DNA of 64,000 nucleotides from an uncultured Nitrososphaeraceae archaeon (GTDB taxonomy: Archaea > Thermoproteota > Nitrososphaeria > Nitrososphaerales > Nitrososphaeraceae): NCBI GenBank assembly GCA_963837175.1, contig CAWIMJ010000012.1, forward strand, positions 1 through 64,000, given 5' to 3'. Below, one piece after another: positions 54,545-64,000 of the stretch (within the stretch, counting starts at the first letter, position 1; the number at the start of each line of letters is the position of its first letter). Under the pieces are notes generated by a model. That model worked only from the letters and a program-made list of their open reading frames with translations. It did no database searches and was not told where the DNA came from. The position numbers and the translations under genes were made by a program.

Positions 54545-56209
54545 TTATTGTGGTCTTAGATCCAAATGCGAACCAGGACGCAAAAGACCATCTTGGTCCC
54601 GTATCTCTGAGATAAGGTGTACTTTGCCATCGTCAGTTTCATCTTTTTGAACTTTAAGATAGCCAAAATTGAAGATCTTGTTCTCATGGTAAATATATGT
54701 TGCATTGATTGTTGGATCGATAGGAATCGTAGTAGGATAAGTAATCGCTGCAAAAGGCCCGCACACAATTTCATATAAAATTATCCTATCTCCATCATTG
54801 TTTGGATCTTGGTTGACTATTACGTTAGCCGGAAAATGCACATCTGTCGTAATAAAGACTACATTTTTGATATTGTTGTCATCAAGATATTTTAACAAAT
54901 CATTTCTTTCCCTCACAAAAGTCTTTTTAAATGCACTGCTGTTAGTCGCCCAACTATCGCACCCCAATTGATTAGTAAAGCAACTTGGAACAGTAAATGG
55001 TACGTCGGTAGAAATAACCTTCCACGTAGCTGTAGAGTTAAGCAGACTTTGTTCTAACCACTGAAACTGTGCTTTACCTAGCAATGTTTTATTGTTCTCA
55101 GGAGTATCATCTAATTCACTACGGCTGCGGTAAGAATGTGCATCTAGTAAAAACAAGTCGAGGTCCTTGCCCCAACTAAACGATCTATAAATACGGTTTA
55201 CTTCTTCGGTATTACTACTATTATTTCCATCTAATGGGGAGAAATTGAAGAACGCCTTTAGGCCAGCCTTAACTAAATTAGAAAACCCTGTTCTGTCCTT
55301 TGTTGCATTGCTCAAATATGACCAATTGCCACCATAATCATTAACAACTTCGTGATCATCAGCTTGAGAATAGATTGATGTATTCTGCAAAAGACTCTGT
55401 ATGTGCGGATCTGCTCTATTGTATTCCCAGTGTTTGTTGTAAATATCTTGCAATTGAGATAGATTGGCCCAATTCACCTTTTCATCAGTAACACTAGGAA
55501 AATTTCCTTGTATGTTATACCATCCTACTACGTCCTCTGGACCTTGATGAGCAGGACAGACATCATCGGCGTAAATCTGATCTCCATTGAATATAAAGAA
55601 ATCAGGCGAAAGCGCCTTTATTATCGAGAATATTGGATAACCTAAATCAACACGTCTGCAATATCTGTGACCACCTAGGTCTCCACCAATTACAAAGCGG
55701 ACTGTCTTGCTGGTTGAATTATCTGGAGATGTTCTAAAGGTTCCTGTAATGGAAGAAGAAGAATCTAAAACTATAGATCCTTTGCTGCTGTCATTGTTTT
55801 TGATGTCTTGGCCTTGTTTAGTAGTAAACCATACACGATAATAATACAGAGTATCAGGCATAAGTCCATCGATCTTTGCATGTCCAGTAAAATCTGTTGT
55901 TTCATTTACATTTGTTGTTGTTATTGTAAGTGATTTTGAAGATGATGAGAAATTAGAATTAGTATCGTATTCTACATGCATCTGAGCTTGTTTATTGGCA
56001 CGTGACCATATTACAGCGCTATGGTCTGTCACATCGCCACTAGCAACACCATGTGTGATGAACAAATTAGTATTCTGCTGCGCATAAATAAATAAAGGAT
56101 AAAAGAATATGATATCACTTAAGACCAAAAATGCCAATGTAACAACTGTTGCTAGTAATATTATTGCAATTTTTGATTTTTTAAATAAAAATACATAATC
56201 CTCTAACAC
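54545..56209 (-). CDS. phoD: Alkaline phosphatase D family protein
   Basis: HGVASGD..WSR, GDQIYAD, DDHEV, YRSFSWG, LLGKAQFQWL and DVH motifs. Confidence 0.93.
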   Translation of the reverse strand: MLEDYVFLFKKSKIAIILLATVVTLAFLVLSDIIFFYPLFIYAQQNTNLFITHGVASGDVTDHSAVIWSRANKQAQMHVEYDTNSNFSSSSKSLTITTTNVNETTDFTGHAKIDGLMPDTLYYYRVWFTTKQGQDIKNNDSSKGSIVLDSSSSITGTFRTSPDNSTSKTVRFVIGGDLGGHRYCRRVDLGYPIFSIIKALSPDFFIFNGDQIYADDVCPAHQGPEDVVGWYNIQGNFPSVTDEKVNWANLSQLQDIYNKHWEYNRADPHIQSLLQNTSIYSQADDHEVVNDYGGNWSYLSNATKDRTGFSNLVKAGLKAFFNFSPLDGNNSSNTEEVNRIYRSFSWGKDLDLFLLDAHSYRSRSELDDTPENNKTLLGKAQFQWLEQSLLNSTATWKVISTDVPFTVPSCFTNQLGCDSWATNSSAFKKTFVRERNDLLKYLDDNNIKNVVFITTDVHFPANVIVNQDPNNDGDRIILYEIVCGPFAAITYPTTIPIDPTINATYIYHENKIFNFGYLKVQKDETDDGKVHLISEIRDQDGLLRPGSHLDLRPQ

Positions 56210-56903
56210 GGCAACTACAACTTAATCTAAATATTTAAGGATTCATTTGAAAAAGCAAAGCTAAAGTTATATCAATGTTTTGCATAGATCTAAAAACATA
56301 AATGGATCATATATTATGCATCGTCAAAACTATGATCATAGGTAGAATAAGTACTTTTTGTGCCTGCTGGCAGTATTGACGGAATTGATATAAATATCAG
56401 AATTAAAGCAGTTGAAAAACCTGCAGAAAATATATACTTTAAGTCAACGCACATTATGTACGAGATTCAATAGCTGATCCATAAAGATATTGTATATATA
56501 AAAGATTATTCCAGTATACAATTCATCCTCGTGTCATGTAGTAATAATGATTCAGTCAGAATATAAAATGCAAATTAATTATGCAATTAATTGAAGGATA
56601 TATCAGCAGTTTCGAACAAAATCAAAGTAGATGATAGATATATTTATCTATCTCTCTGTAAATGATTGACAAAATTGCTTCTTATCACAAGATCCATATT
56701 TGCGGAACAAGATTTCATATATACATTTGTTGTTTGAATAGAAGGTTCGAAGCTTTTATGCTATTAATATAACATGTTGATTGATAGTTTAGTTCAAGTA
56801 ATTTTTTCCTCCATTGATCTAAATGCACCTTTAATTGACGAAAGAAGCTAAAATTAATAGTTTCCTTGAACTTTTAAATAATATTGTATGTAGTATTCCT
56901 ATA

Positions 56904-57152
56904 ATGGAAAAAATGCTAATAATTGCGACTACCTTATCACTGTCAGTAGTAATCTCAGCAAGCTTTGTAAGTTCATTGTTTGCACAACAAAACCAGACTG
57001 ATATGATGACAGCCACTAACCAAACGGGTTCAATGATGAATAATCAAACAAATCAGACAGGAGGAGGAGGGAATCAAACACAAAAAGGTCCCTTGGAACA
57101 ACTAGGTGAAGCGCTAGGCGGAGTCTTTGGAGGAGGAAATCAATCTAAATAA
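56904..57152 (+). CDS. Small secreted protein with repeated NQT sequons
   Basis: Signal peptide ending FA-QQ; several NQT/NQS; C-terminal GPLEQLGEALGGVFG helix. Confidence 0.7.
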   Translation: MEKMLIIATTLSLSVVISASFVSSLFAQQNQTDMMTATNQTGSMMNNQTNQTGGGGNQTQKGPLEQLGEALGGVFGGGNQSK

Positions 57153-57508
57153 AACTACTTCTTTTTTCTGGGATTGATAAGTTTGTAATTTTGCTAGATT
57201 TTTTCTCTGCAAATCACCACTTCATCTTATAGGTGTCAATAAAAAGGATCTGGTGTTTAAAATTATGATATAAAATGGAGAGGCAACAGACTTAAGTCAT
57301 TTTCTCGTCATGTACGTTTATAATTGTAGTTTAGCCTGACTAGTGTATCAATTAGATAACATATTAGCAGTCTGAGTCTAGGAATTGCTCCAAAAACAAA
57401 TACTAGTTGAACACAATCAGGGGAGCGATATATTATTCAACCAACGAAAATAAGATATCCGAAATTTGGCTTATGTATTTAATCGAGAAGAATACAAATT
57501 AACACACT

Positions 57509-58262
57509 TCACTTAGCTTTACTATCTTTACTATCTTTGCTGCTTTTACTATCTTTACTATCTTTGCTGCTTTTACTATCTTTACTATCTTTGCCTTTTA
57601 CTATCTTTACTATCTTTACTATCTTTACTATCTTTGCAATCTTTGCTGTCACTAAAAGTTGGTAACACATTCTTAATACCTTCATTTTCTCCTCCTCCTG
57701 CTATCACTGCTGTTGTTGTACTATTACCTAAAGTTATGCTATTGTCTGTTATTGATAAGGGATGCTGTTGATTTTGATCAGATGATATTCCTATGATATC
57801 TACACTATACCATTTTGTTAAATTAGCATTATTATTATTATGATCAATACACGATAATTTGGAAGTTAGGTTGTTTGTTCCGTTTGTAATGAGATGATAT
57901 TTGTCAGTATACGTAAAAGTCCAGTTAGAATAATCGTTTGCTCCACCAGGTCCCGTTGCAACAGCTTTTTGAAACGGCTTTTGGTCATTCCAATCAGCAT
58001 AAACTGTACAATCAGTAGTAGTTTTATCTGTTGATGTTCCAGTGATTTTAAGTTCACCCGCTGAAACTTCTCTTCCTGTCATAGGAGATGTAATCTTTAC
58101 ACCTATCATAGTAGGTGATTGTGGTTGCTCCTGTACCTGTTGTGCCTGTACTTGTAAAGTACTATAATAAACTGGAAAAGCATAACAGATAAAGAATACC
58201 CCAACAATAACTAATAATAATAGTACCAGTTTTTCGAGCTTAAATTTACTAAATTTTTTCAA
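57509..58262 (-). CDS. Secreted Ig-like-domain protein with (DSK)n tail; frameshift near 57594
   Basis: Signal/TM segment; VKITSP..GTS.D..TDCTV..GPGGANDYSNWTF domain; restoring the AGCAGCAAA unit extends the frame to TGA at 57509. Confidence 0.75.
57515..57650 (-). repeat. 9-bp tandem repeat (GATAGTAAA) with a 27-bp higher-order unit, encoding (DSK)n
   Basis: About 15 units; the array continues past the ORF-track stop. Confidence 0.9.
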
Positions 58263-58712
58263 ATCGATCCTATATATGACATCTTACTTATATATTGAGA
58301 TCAATATAGGCTTATTCCTTTCTCAGAATCTTGCCGACCCCAGAATGCAATTCCTAACATTAAACCACTGAGGTTTACTCTAGATAATATTGGCGTGATT
58401 AATGTGGCAAAAATTAAGGATTTAGATTAATCCGTAGAGAGAACACTTACTATCTAAAGTGTTGAATGTTCCCTTGCTCACATCAAGACTTTCGCTTAGA
58501 ATGAGTTTCATCTCAGATGGTCTGTAACTTAATCTAAGCGATGTGTCAATCATTGATATTGCCTAACACTATTGCCCTTTTTACTAGGTGCAAATTCGAT
58601 GGAATGTTGCAACCTATCAGTTCATTCCTGAATGTAAATATCTAAGTTTTTATAATTTATGAATAGAGTGCATCATAATACAATATATTTATATCATTTC
58701 TAATTATTCTCT

Positions 58713-59528
58713 ATGTCTACTCCAAAATTTGGTTTACTAACAAATCCTTCAATTGATATTGTAAAGGAGATAAGAGATATCTATGATTTAGGTTTTGATT
58801 ACGCAGAAATAGGAATAGAAGTTCCACAAGGAAATCGACAGATTCTCTTAAGTAATAAATCACTAATACTTGATTTACTTAAAAGATTTAAATTTCCATC
58901 AACAATTGGTCATACTGCACATTGGATAGACCTTTCTAGTGAATATCATTCAGTTCGTCAAGCTTGGATTTTAGAAGCAATAGAGGATGTAAAGGTTGCA
59001 AAGGAGCTTGGATTGACTTTTGTCAACTTTCACAGCAATATTAAGGGATTGTATATTGGCAAAATGCGAAAAATAGTTTTAGATAATTGGATTTGTAGCT
59101 TGCAAGAGATAATTGCTTATGCAAGAAAATTAAACATGGAGGTAATGTTAGAAAATGTTCCTTCTTCTAATGGAATTCATAAAGTTGATGAATTCAGATA
59201 TATTATTGATAACGTTCCGGGTTTAAAAGTCCATCTAGATATCCCACATGCATTTACATCAGGTGGAATGCAAGAAATTCTTCAATACATTAGAACATTC
59301 CAAGATAAAATCGTACATATTCATTGGCATGATAACCATGGAAAATTTGATGAACATCTGCCCATCGGAGATGGTTTGATAAATCATAGAAGTGTTGTCG
59401 AAGAGCTCAAAGGCATTAATTATAATAAGACTGTTACTTTGGAAGTCTTTACAAACAAACGAGATGCTAAATATTCAGCAGAAAAATTGAACAAATTATG
59501 GACAGAGGTTAACAAACAAAGTCAGTAG
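58713..59528 (+). CDS. Sugar phosphate isomerase/epimerase (AP-endonuclease-2 TIM barrel) family protein
   Basis: MLEN, HLDIPHA, HIHWHDN..DEHLPIGDG and TLEV motifs. Confidence 0.9.
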   Translation: MSTPKFGLLTNPSIDIVKEIRDIYDLGFDYAEIGIEVPQGNRQILLSNKSLILDLLKRFKFPSTIGHTAHWIDLSSEYHSVRQAWILEAIEDVKVAKELGLTFVNFHSNIKGLYIGKMRKIVLDNWICSLQEIIAYARKLNMEVMLENVPSSNGIHKVDEFRYIIDNVPGLKVHLDIPHAFTSGGMQEILQYIRTFQDKIVHIHWHDNHGKFDEHLPIGDGLINHRSVVEELKGINYNKTVTLEVFTNKRDAKYSAEKLNKLWTEVNKQSQ

Positions 59529-59826
59529 ATACTATAAAAAGATAAAATGGATTTTCTTTATACCGAGACTCTTTCTGATTCCTAAATCTAGAAATTATAT
59601 GTTATTATTTTATTATTTTTATTTTATATTGTTTGATTAGTATATCATTGTAACATTCAAAATTCAATACTACAAGTTAATCATAGTCTTTATCTTTATA
59701 GAAAATAAGATAATCTCTTAGCATCGCATATTTCTATATGATAAACAAAGTGTTTATCTAATTTATTTTTATACAAGTAAAACATCATTCTTGATAATCT
59801 TAGGAGTGGCTAATTTTTTTACAATC

Positions 59827-60267
59827 TCATTGCAAATATTTATTCATCCTTCGCATAAAAGATTCTTGGTAATCTTCATAGACATTCTCTCTCTTAAGAC
59901 ATAACTGACAAATGTAGGCATGATGAGATTTAGTTTTATAGTCATGGTATTCGACAGAATCATACTCATTTCTGGAGATCGTCTTATTTCCGCAAATAAA
60001 ACATTTTAATTCTATGGTCTGCTGCAGAGATTTTCTATGTTGAGCACTAGTGAATTCTTTTTCTTCTGATCCCTGACTTACAAATTCTTCTACGTTTGTA
60101 CTAGCGATTGCCTGATTGTTGACATTTCTAGTAGGGCAATCTATGTGTTTAACAGCTTTTGTAGATTTAGACCAAAATGCTTGTCCTGATGTTATCTCTT
60201 TACCACATTCGCAGCATTTCCCTCTGAACTTTATAGTGATTTCAAGCCAATCTATAGGATTAGTCAT
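59827..60267 (-). CDS. Double zinc-finger hypothetical protein
   Basis: KFRGKCCECG...HIDC and CFICG...CQLC. Confidence 0.75.
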   Translation of the reverse strand: MTNPIDWLEITIKFRGKCCECGKEITSGQAFWSKSTKAVKHIDCPTRNVNNQAIASTNVEEFVSQGSEEKEFTSAQHRKSLQQTIELKCFICGNKTISRNEYDSVEYHDYKTKSHHAYICQLCLKRENVYEDYQESFMRRMNKYLQ

Positions 60268-60688
60268 ATCTTTTACTCAACTCGATTCTTTTAAGAGATA
60301 TACAATGCAGATCAGATCAATATAACTTAATTGCCACTGTAATTCTGATACTGACTCTGATTTTGTTGTTGACGACGATGACGATGAATATATATTTTCT
60401 CTTTTGTTCTAATGTTCTCTCCTTTTTAATACATCATTTCAAATAATTCAGCTTTTGGATAAAAGATTGTTCGTAATTATCAAAAGAGCCGTCAACATGG
60501 ATAAAAGTCTTAACGTGTCATTTTCGAACACGAAAAGGGCTTTAGTATAGACAATAGAGGATAATGGAGGTATTTTCCTATTATCATTATCTACTGGAGT
60601 TATAACTGGCTGTTCTGAGGTTCATGACGTCATTTCCCTTTTGTAATGGATATAATTAATCAAAAAATACCATCTTTTATCTACAAGA

Positions 60689-61200
60689 TCAATTAGATTG
60701 AAATATTTCATTCAAGTTAGTTTGTGATCCTCCAGGATCTAGTCCTCCAACAATCACATATACTTTATCATCAACAGATACAGCTGCTAAACCATGTCTA
60801 GCTGTTGGCATTGGCTTGGAAGATGTCCACGTATTTATCTTAAAATCATATTTTTCGTTATTGTGAAATGTACCACCTGGTCCTTCGCCACCAAATAGGT
60901 GGATAGTTTCATTGAGTACTGCACTAGCCAATCTCCTCTTTTAGAAGGCATCGGTTCTAGGATACTCAACTTATCTGTGATAGGATCGTAGACCTCATTA
61001 GCCTCAACATTAGCTGCGATACCTGCAGTTCTTCCTCCAATGACATACAATTTTCCGTCGAGTAATGCAGATGCAAGATGTTCTCTAGCTGTTAGCATTG
61101 ATGCCTTTTCTATCATGCATTAGTCCTTGGGTCATATGCCAAGTTAGAGTTGGATGTTCCTAAAACATCAACACCTCCAACTGCATATAAGCTTCCTTTT
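60689..61200 (-). pseudogene. Kelch-repeat protein, 5'-truncated and broken
   Basis: LYAVGG, LYVIGG, EVYDP and MPTARHG repeats across three frames; abuts the stop of the upstream gene. Confidence 0.8.
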
Positions 61201-62787
61201 TTAGTCAATATTTGGAGCCGAATTTTCATCAATGTACATAGTTCCTATATCAGGACGCGTCATTTCTGCTGGTGATACGGCAGATGTTAAGTATAAAATA
61301 TTATTTATATCCACTCTATAATAATCAAGTCTATCTGGATCATATTTTTGCACGATTTGTATGCTTTCACCTTTATCTATTCTGCGCATTACCACATTAC
61401 GGTGAACATAACTTGTTGCATAGGAATATCCACGTTGTTTTGCCTCTTTGAGAAACTCTAATCTAAGGAGATGACCGCCTGTTTCTCCCCAAAAACCCGG
61501 CTTGATACTGATCCATTCCATATATGCAGTGTTCTTTTTTCCCCAATTTTCATCACGTGTGCCACGACGCAGATGGTAGTTTTCTAGCGGCCCACCTTTT
61601 ACATAACCAACAACTTCACCATGTTGATCATTGATCCGTAAGGTGATCAATATTGTATCACTATCATACAATGACTTTGTAAAGTTATCTTCGTTGATAC
61701 GTAATGGGAAAGGCAGTTGTCTATATATATTCAAAACAGATGCTTTCACATTCAAATCAAGATTGTTTTCAATTTTTTCGACGAGTGTTACTAAACTTAG
61801 TTCCTTTCTTCTAAGTGAATTTCTTATATCGATCTCCTTTCTCCATGTTTCTCTGAAAGCCGCTACATTGTCAAAAAAATTCTTCCTGTATTCATCAGAT
61901 ATTGCATTTAACACACGCTCAAACATTTCCTTTTCCTCCTTTAATAAACTAAAGAACTTGACAGATTCTTCATTTATAAGTGATGGATGCCATCCAAGAG
62001 CATGAGCATTGCGTCGTGCAAGTTCTATAGAATGCTCAAAGTCACCTAGAACATAACCTGCAATACGTTCTGAAACAGACAAGAACCATCCTAGATCTTT
62101 ATAATGTTCTCTTATGTTGGTATCGTTCTCAGAGATTCCTGCATAAGTAAATAATTCTTCCATTCTCTTTTCTGCATGTTCTGCTATCTTACCTCTAAAG
62201 GGATATGCAGTGCGATGTATTATTGCAATTACAATATCAATGCTTATTCCAACATCGTCAATGAAGCCTTTTATCTTATCGTCATTTCTCAAGAACCATT
62301 CAACAGAATCCTCATTGGGTTTATCAAACTGTTTTAGAGGATCATAATCGTGAAAAAGAGCAGATACAAACAGGTATATAATGTCATCTTGACTAAATTT
62401 GTTCTCTTCATAATATCCATTGGCTGCAATTAAAGCGAAGTATGCAGCTTCTAGTTCATGATCTATATTATGATAGCCATAATAATCTGATCCTAACCCT
62501 TTCTTTGAGAATTCAGATACGGTATGTCTTATTATCCTATTTAGCCATTTATCTTGTAATCCCATCTTTGTACCCACTTGAATTATTTTATTTTTTAAAA
62601 CAGCCTCTTGACCTAGGCCAAGATTATACTTCAGCCACCAAGGAAATAACTTGACTCGTTTGTAAAACTCGTACCAAACTGGTGGAGGTTCGGCTAGAGG
62701 ATTTATTGCTGTATGCAAATCCATTTTGCTAGCGGTATCGCCAGCAGAATCATTATCTTTTTTTTCTTTGAATAAGAAATTAATCAA
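61201..62787 (-). CDS. HD-domain phosphohydrolase (YHNxxH...HD) fused to a C-terminal GNAT-like domain
   Basis: YYGYHNIDH and ALFHDYD; C-terminal EVVGYVKG, YMEWISIKPGFWGETGGHLL and AKQRGY. Confidence 0.78.
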   Translation of the reverse strand: MINFLFKEKKDNDSAGDTASKMDLHTAINPLAEPPPVWYEFYKRVKLFPWWLKYNLGLGQEAVLKNKIIQVGTKMGLQDKWLNRIIRHTVSEFSKKGLGSDYYGYHNIDHELEAAYFALIAANGYYEENKFSQDDIIYLFVSALFHDYDPLKQFDKPNEDSVEWFLRNDDKIKGFIDDVGISIDIVIAIIHRTAYPFRGKIAEHAEKRMEELFTYAGISENDTNIREHYKDLGWFLSVSERIAGYVLGDFEHSIELARRNAHALGWHPSLINEESVKFFSLLKEEKEMFERVLNAISDEYRKNFFDNVAAFRETWRKEIDIRNSLRRKELSLVTLVEKIENNLDLNVKASVLNIYRQLPFPLRINEDNFTKSLYDSDTILITLRINDQHGEVVGYVKGGPLENYHLRRGTRDENWGKKNTAYMEWISIKPGFWGETGGHLLRLEFLKEAKQRGYSYATSYVHRNVVMRRIDKGESIQIVQKYDPDRLDYYRVDINNILYLTSAVSPAEMTRPDIGTMYIDENSAPNID

Positions 62788-63379
62788 AAATCAAGCATCA
62801 CCGCTCATAAATTAGTTAAAGAGAAGTATATTATAAAAGAATTATGATGCTATCTATTTATAAAGTAAATAATCCTTGATAATAATAATTAGATTATAAT
62901 ATTATTTCAGTTTATGGTTTATATATATATAAAAATTGGATGTCCGTAAAATACCAGATTAGGTTCACACTTTTCCTAAAATTCGCTGAAATTACAATTA
63001 AATAAATAGGTTAAGTTAAGATTAACTAGCACCTGTTGAATAGATAGACATCGCAGAAGAAAAAAAAGTTATAGTATTAGATTTGTATACCTGCTAGATT
63101 ACCAGCAGTTATAATCTCATTGCCCATTGCAGTTACATATCAGCCAAGAAGAAGTGGAAAAGATTATTTGGAGTAAAAGAAAAGAGCAGGGGATAAAAAA
63201 GATATGTAGCAACAGGTATCATATACTCATTCTCTAGGTTGGGTTTATCTTGATGTACAATAGTTGATATAGATTCTGCATTTAAAATGGGCTTAGACTG
63301 GAGTCTAGAAGGCATTAAAAGTAGAATCTAATTTTTTATAATTGATAACGTATTCGTTTTATATTCATCACCTAAATGT

Positions 63380-63526
63380 TTACGCTAGCACTTTTACTAA
63401 CACACGCCTGCCAATCCAATCGCGTGGAAGGATTATATGTCCACCGCTTCCAAATTTCTTCACTTCTAAATCTTTCAATGTTTGTTCTTCTCTTTGTTTA
63501 GGTTTATTTAAGTGGTTTGTTGTCAT
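63380..63526 (-). CDS. DUF2080-like (AbrB-fold, transposon-associated) microprotein, 48 aa
   Basis: MTTNHLNKPKQREEQTLKDLEVKKFGSGGHIILPRDWIGRRVLVKVLA; absent from ORF track. Confidence 0.75.
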   Translation of the reverse strand: MTTNHLNKPKQREEQTLKDLEVKKFGSGGHIILPRDWIGRRVLVKVLA

Positions 63527-63831
63527 TTTCTATTCAAACATGATATAACAGAAATGATAATTAAATGATAGTCTATTTTTATCCCAAGTAATACATTTAC
63601 TATGTGTTTTGGGTTTACCACTTTATGAATATTAACCATTATATTGATTAATTGATTAATGAAACTTTATGTAACTTTAGATATATGTGAGTAATATTAT
63701 ATCCCATAGTTCTATACGTTTTGTCCCTATTAACAGTTGATCGTAACATAGAATTGGAAAATAAAAATTATCAGGAATACGACTCAAATCGCTAGTGATA
63801 TTTATATATTATATAATAAATAATATATTAT

Positions 63832-64000
63832 ATGAATATAGTAAGAGAAGACGCATCATTTAAAAGTAAAGCTCTTGCTGCGCTTGGAATAGCTGTTACA
63901 GCTGACGCTTTAGATTATTTTGCAGCGCCAATTTTTAGTACGCCGATAATTGGTGACATATTTGATTCATTTATAACTAGTTTGCTATATTCTATAACAA
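63832..64000 (+). CDS. Membrane protein, partial (runs off the window)
   Basis: MNIVREDASFKSKALAALGIAVTADALDYFAAPIFSTPIIGDIFD...; open to the window end. Confidence 0.65.
   Translation, partial: MNIVREDASFKSKALAALGIAVTADALDYFAAPIFSTPIIGDIFDSFITSLLYSIT

Noticed and set aside
57515-57650. Possible CRISPR array
   Set aside because: Contiguous 9-bp coding microsatellite with no unique spacers and no cas genes in the window
83-63548. Many short ORF-track entries antisense to or overlapping real genes (e.g. 4012..4266, 35911..36279, 50057..50533, 61631..62005, 63342..63548)
   Set aside because: Shadow ORFs of well-supported genes, with no motifs of their own

Overview
AT-rich, gene-sparse archaeal DNA whose gene content points to a soil ammonia-oxidising archaeon (Nitrososphaeraceae); this is inferred from recognisable protein families, not from a search. 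The left end holds a phosphate/polyphosphate cluster: ppa, MgtC, two translationally coupled thymidylate-kinase-like genes (one with a degenerate P-loop), ppx and a split sixA. The rest is an accessory mosaic: NHL and PQQ-type beta-propellers, an NnrS-like protein, NDH-2, sensors, PhoD, MntH, an MFS/MarR pair, an HD-GNAT fusion and a GC-rich CoA-transferase of probable bacterial origin. Interspersed are many gene relics, two precisely bounded IS elements (IS6-like and IS5-like) and a broken tyrosine integrase. Best leads: (1) the kinase/pseudokinase TMK-like pair as a candidate non-canonical polyphosphate kinase; (2) an unannotated ~135-nt structured RNA candidate with its own TATA box at 38731-38864 (-); (3) a dispersed ~45-50 bp semi-palindromic element (core AAGACAGATTTGACTC) in at least 6 copies between genes and at gene breakpoints. 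No rRNA, tRNA or CRISPR array was seen. Many single-base frameshifts may be sequencing errors.
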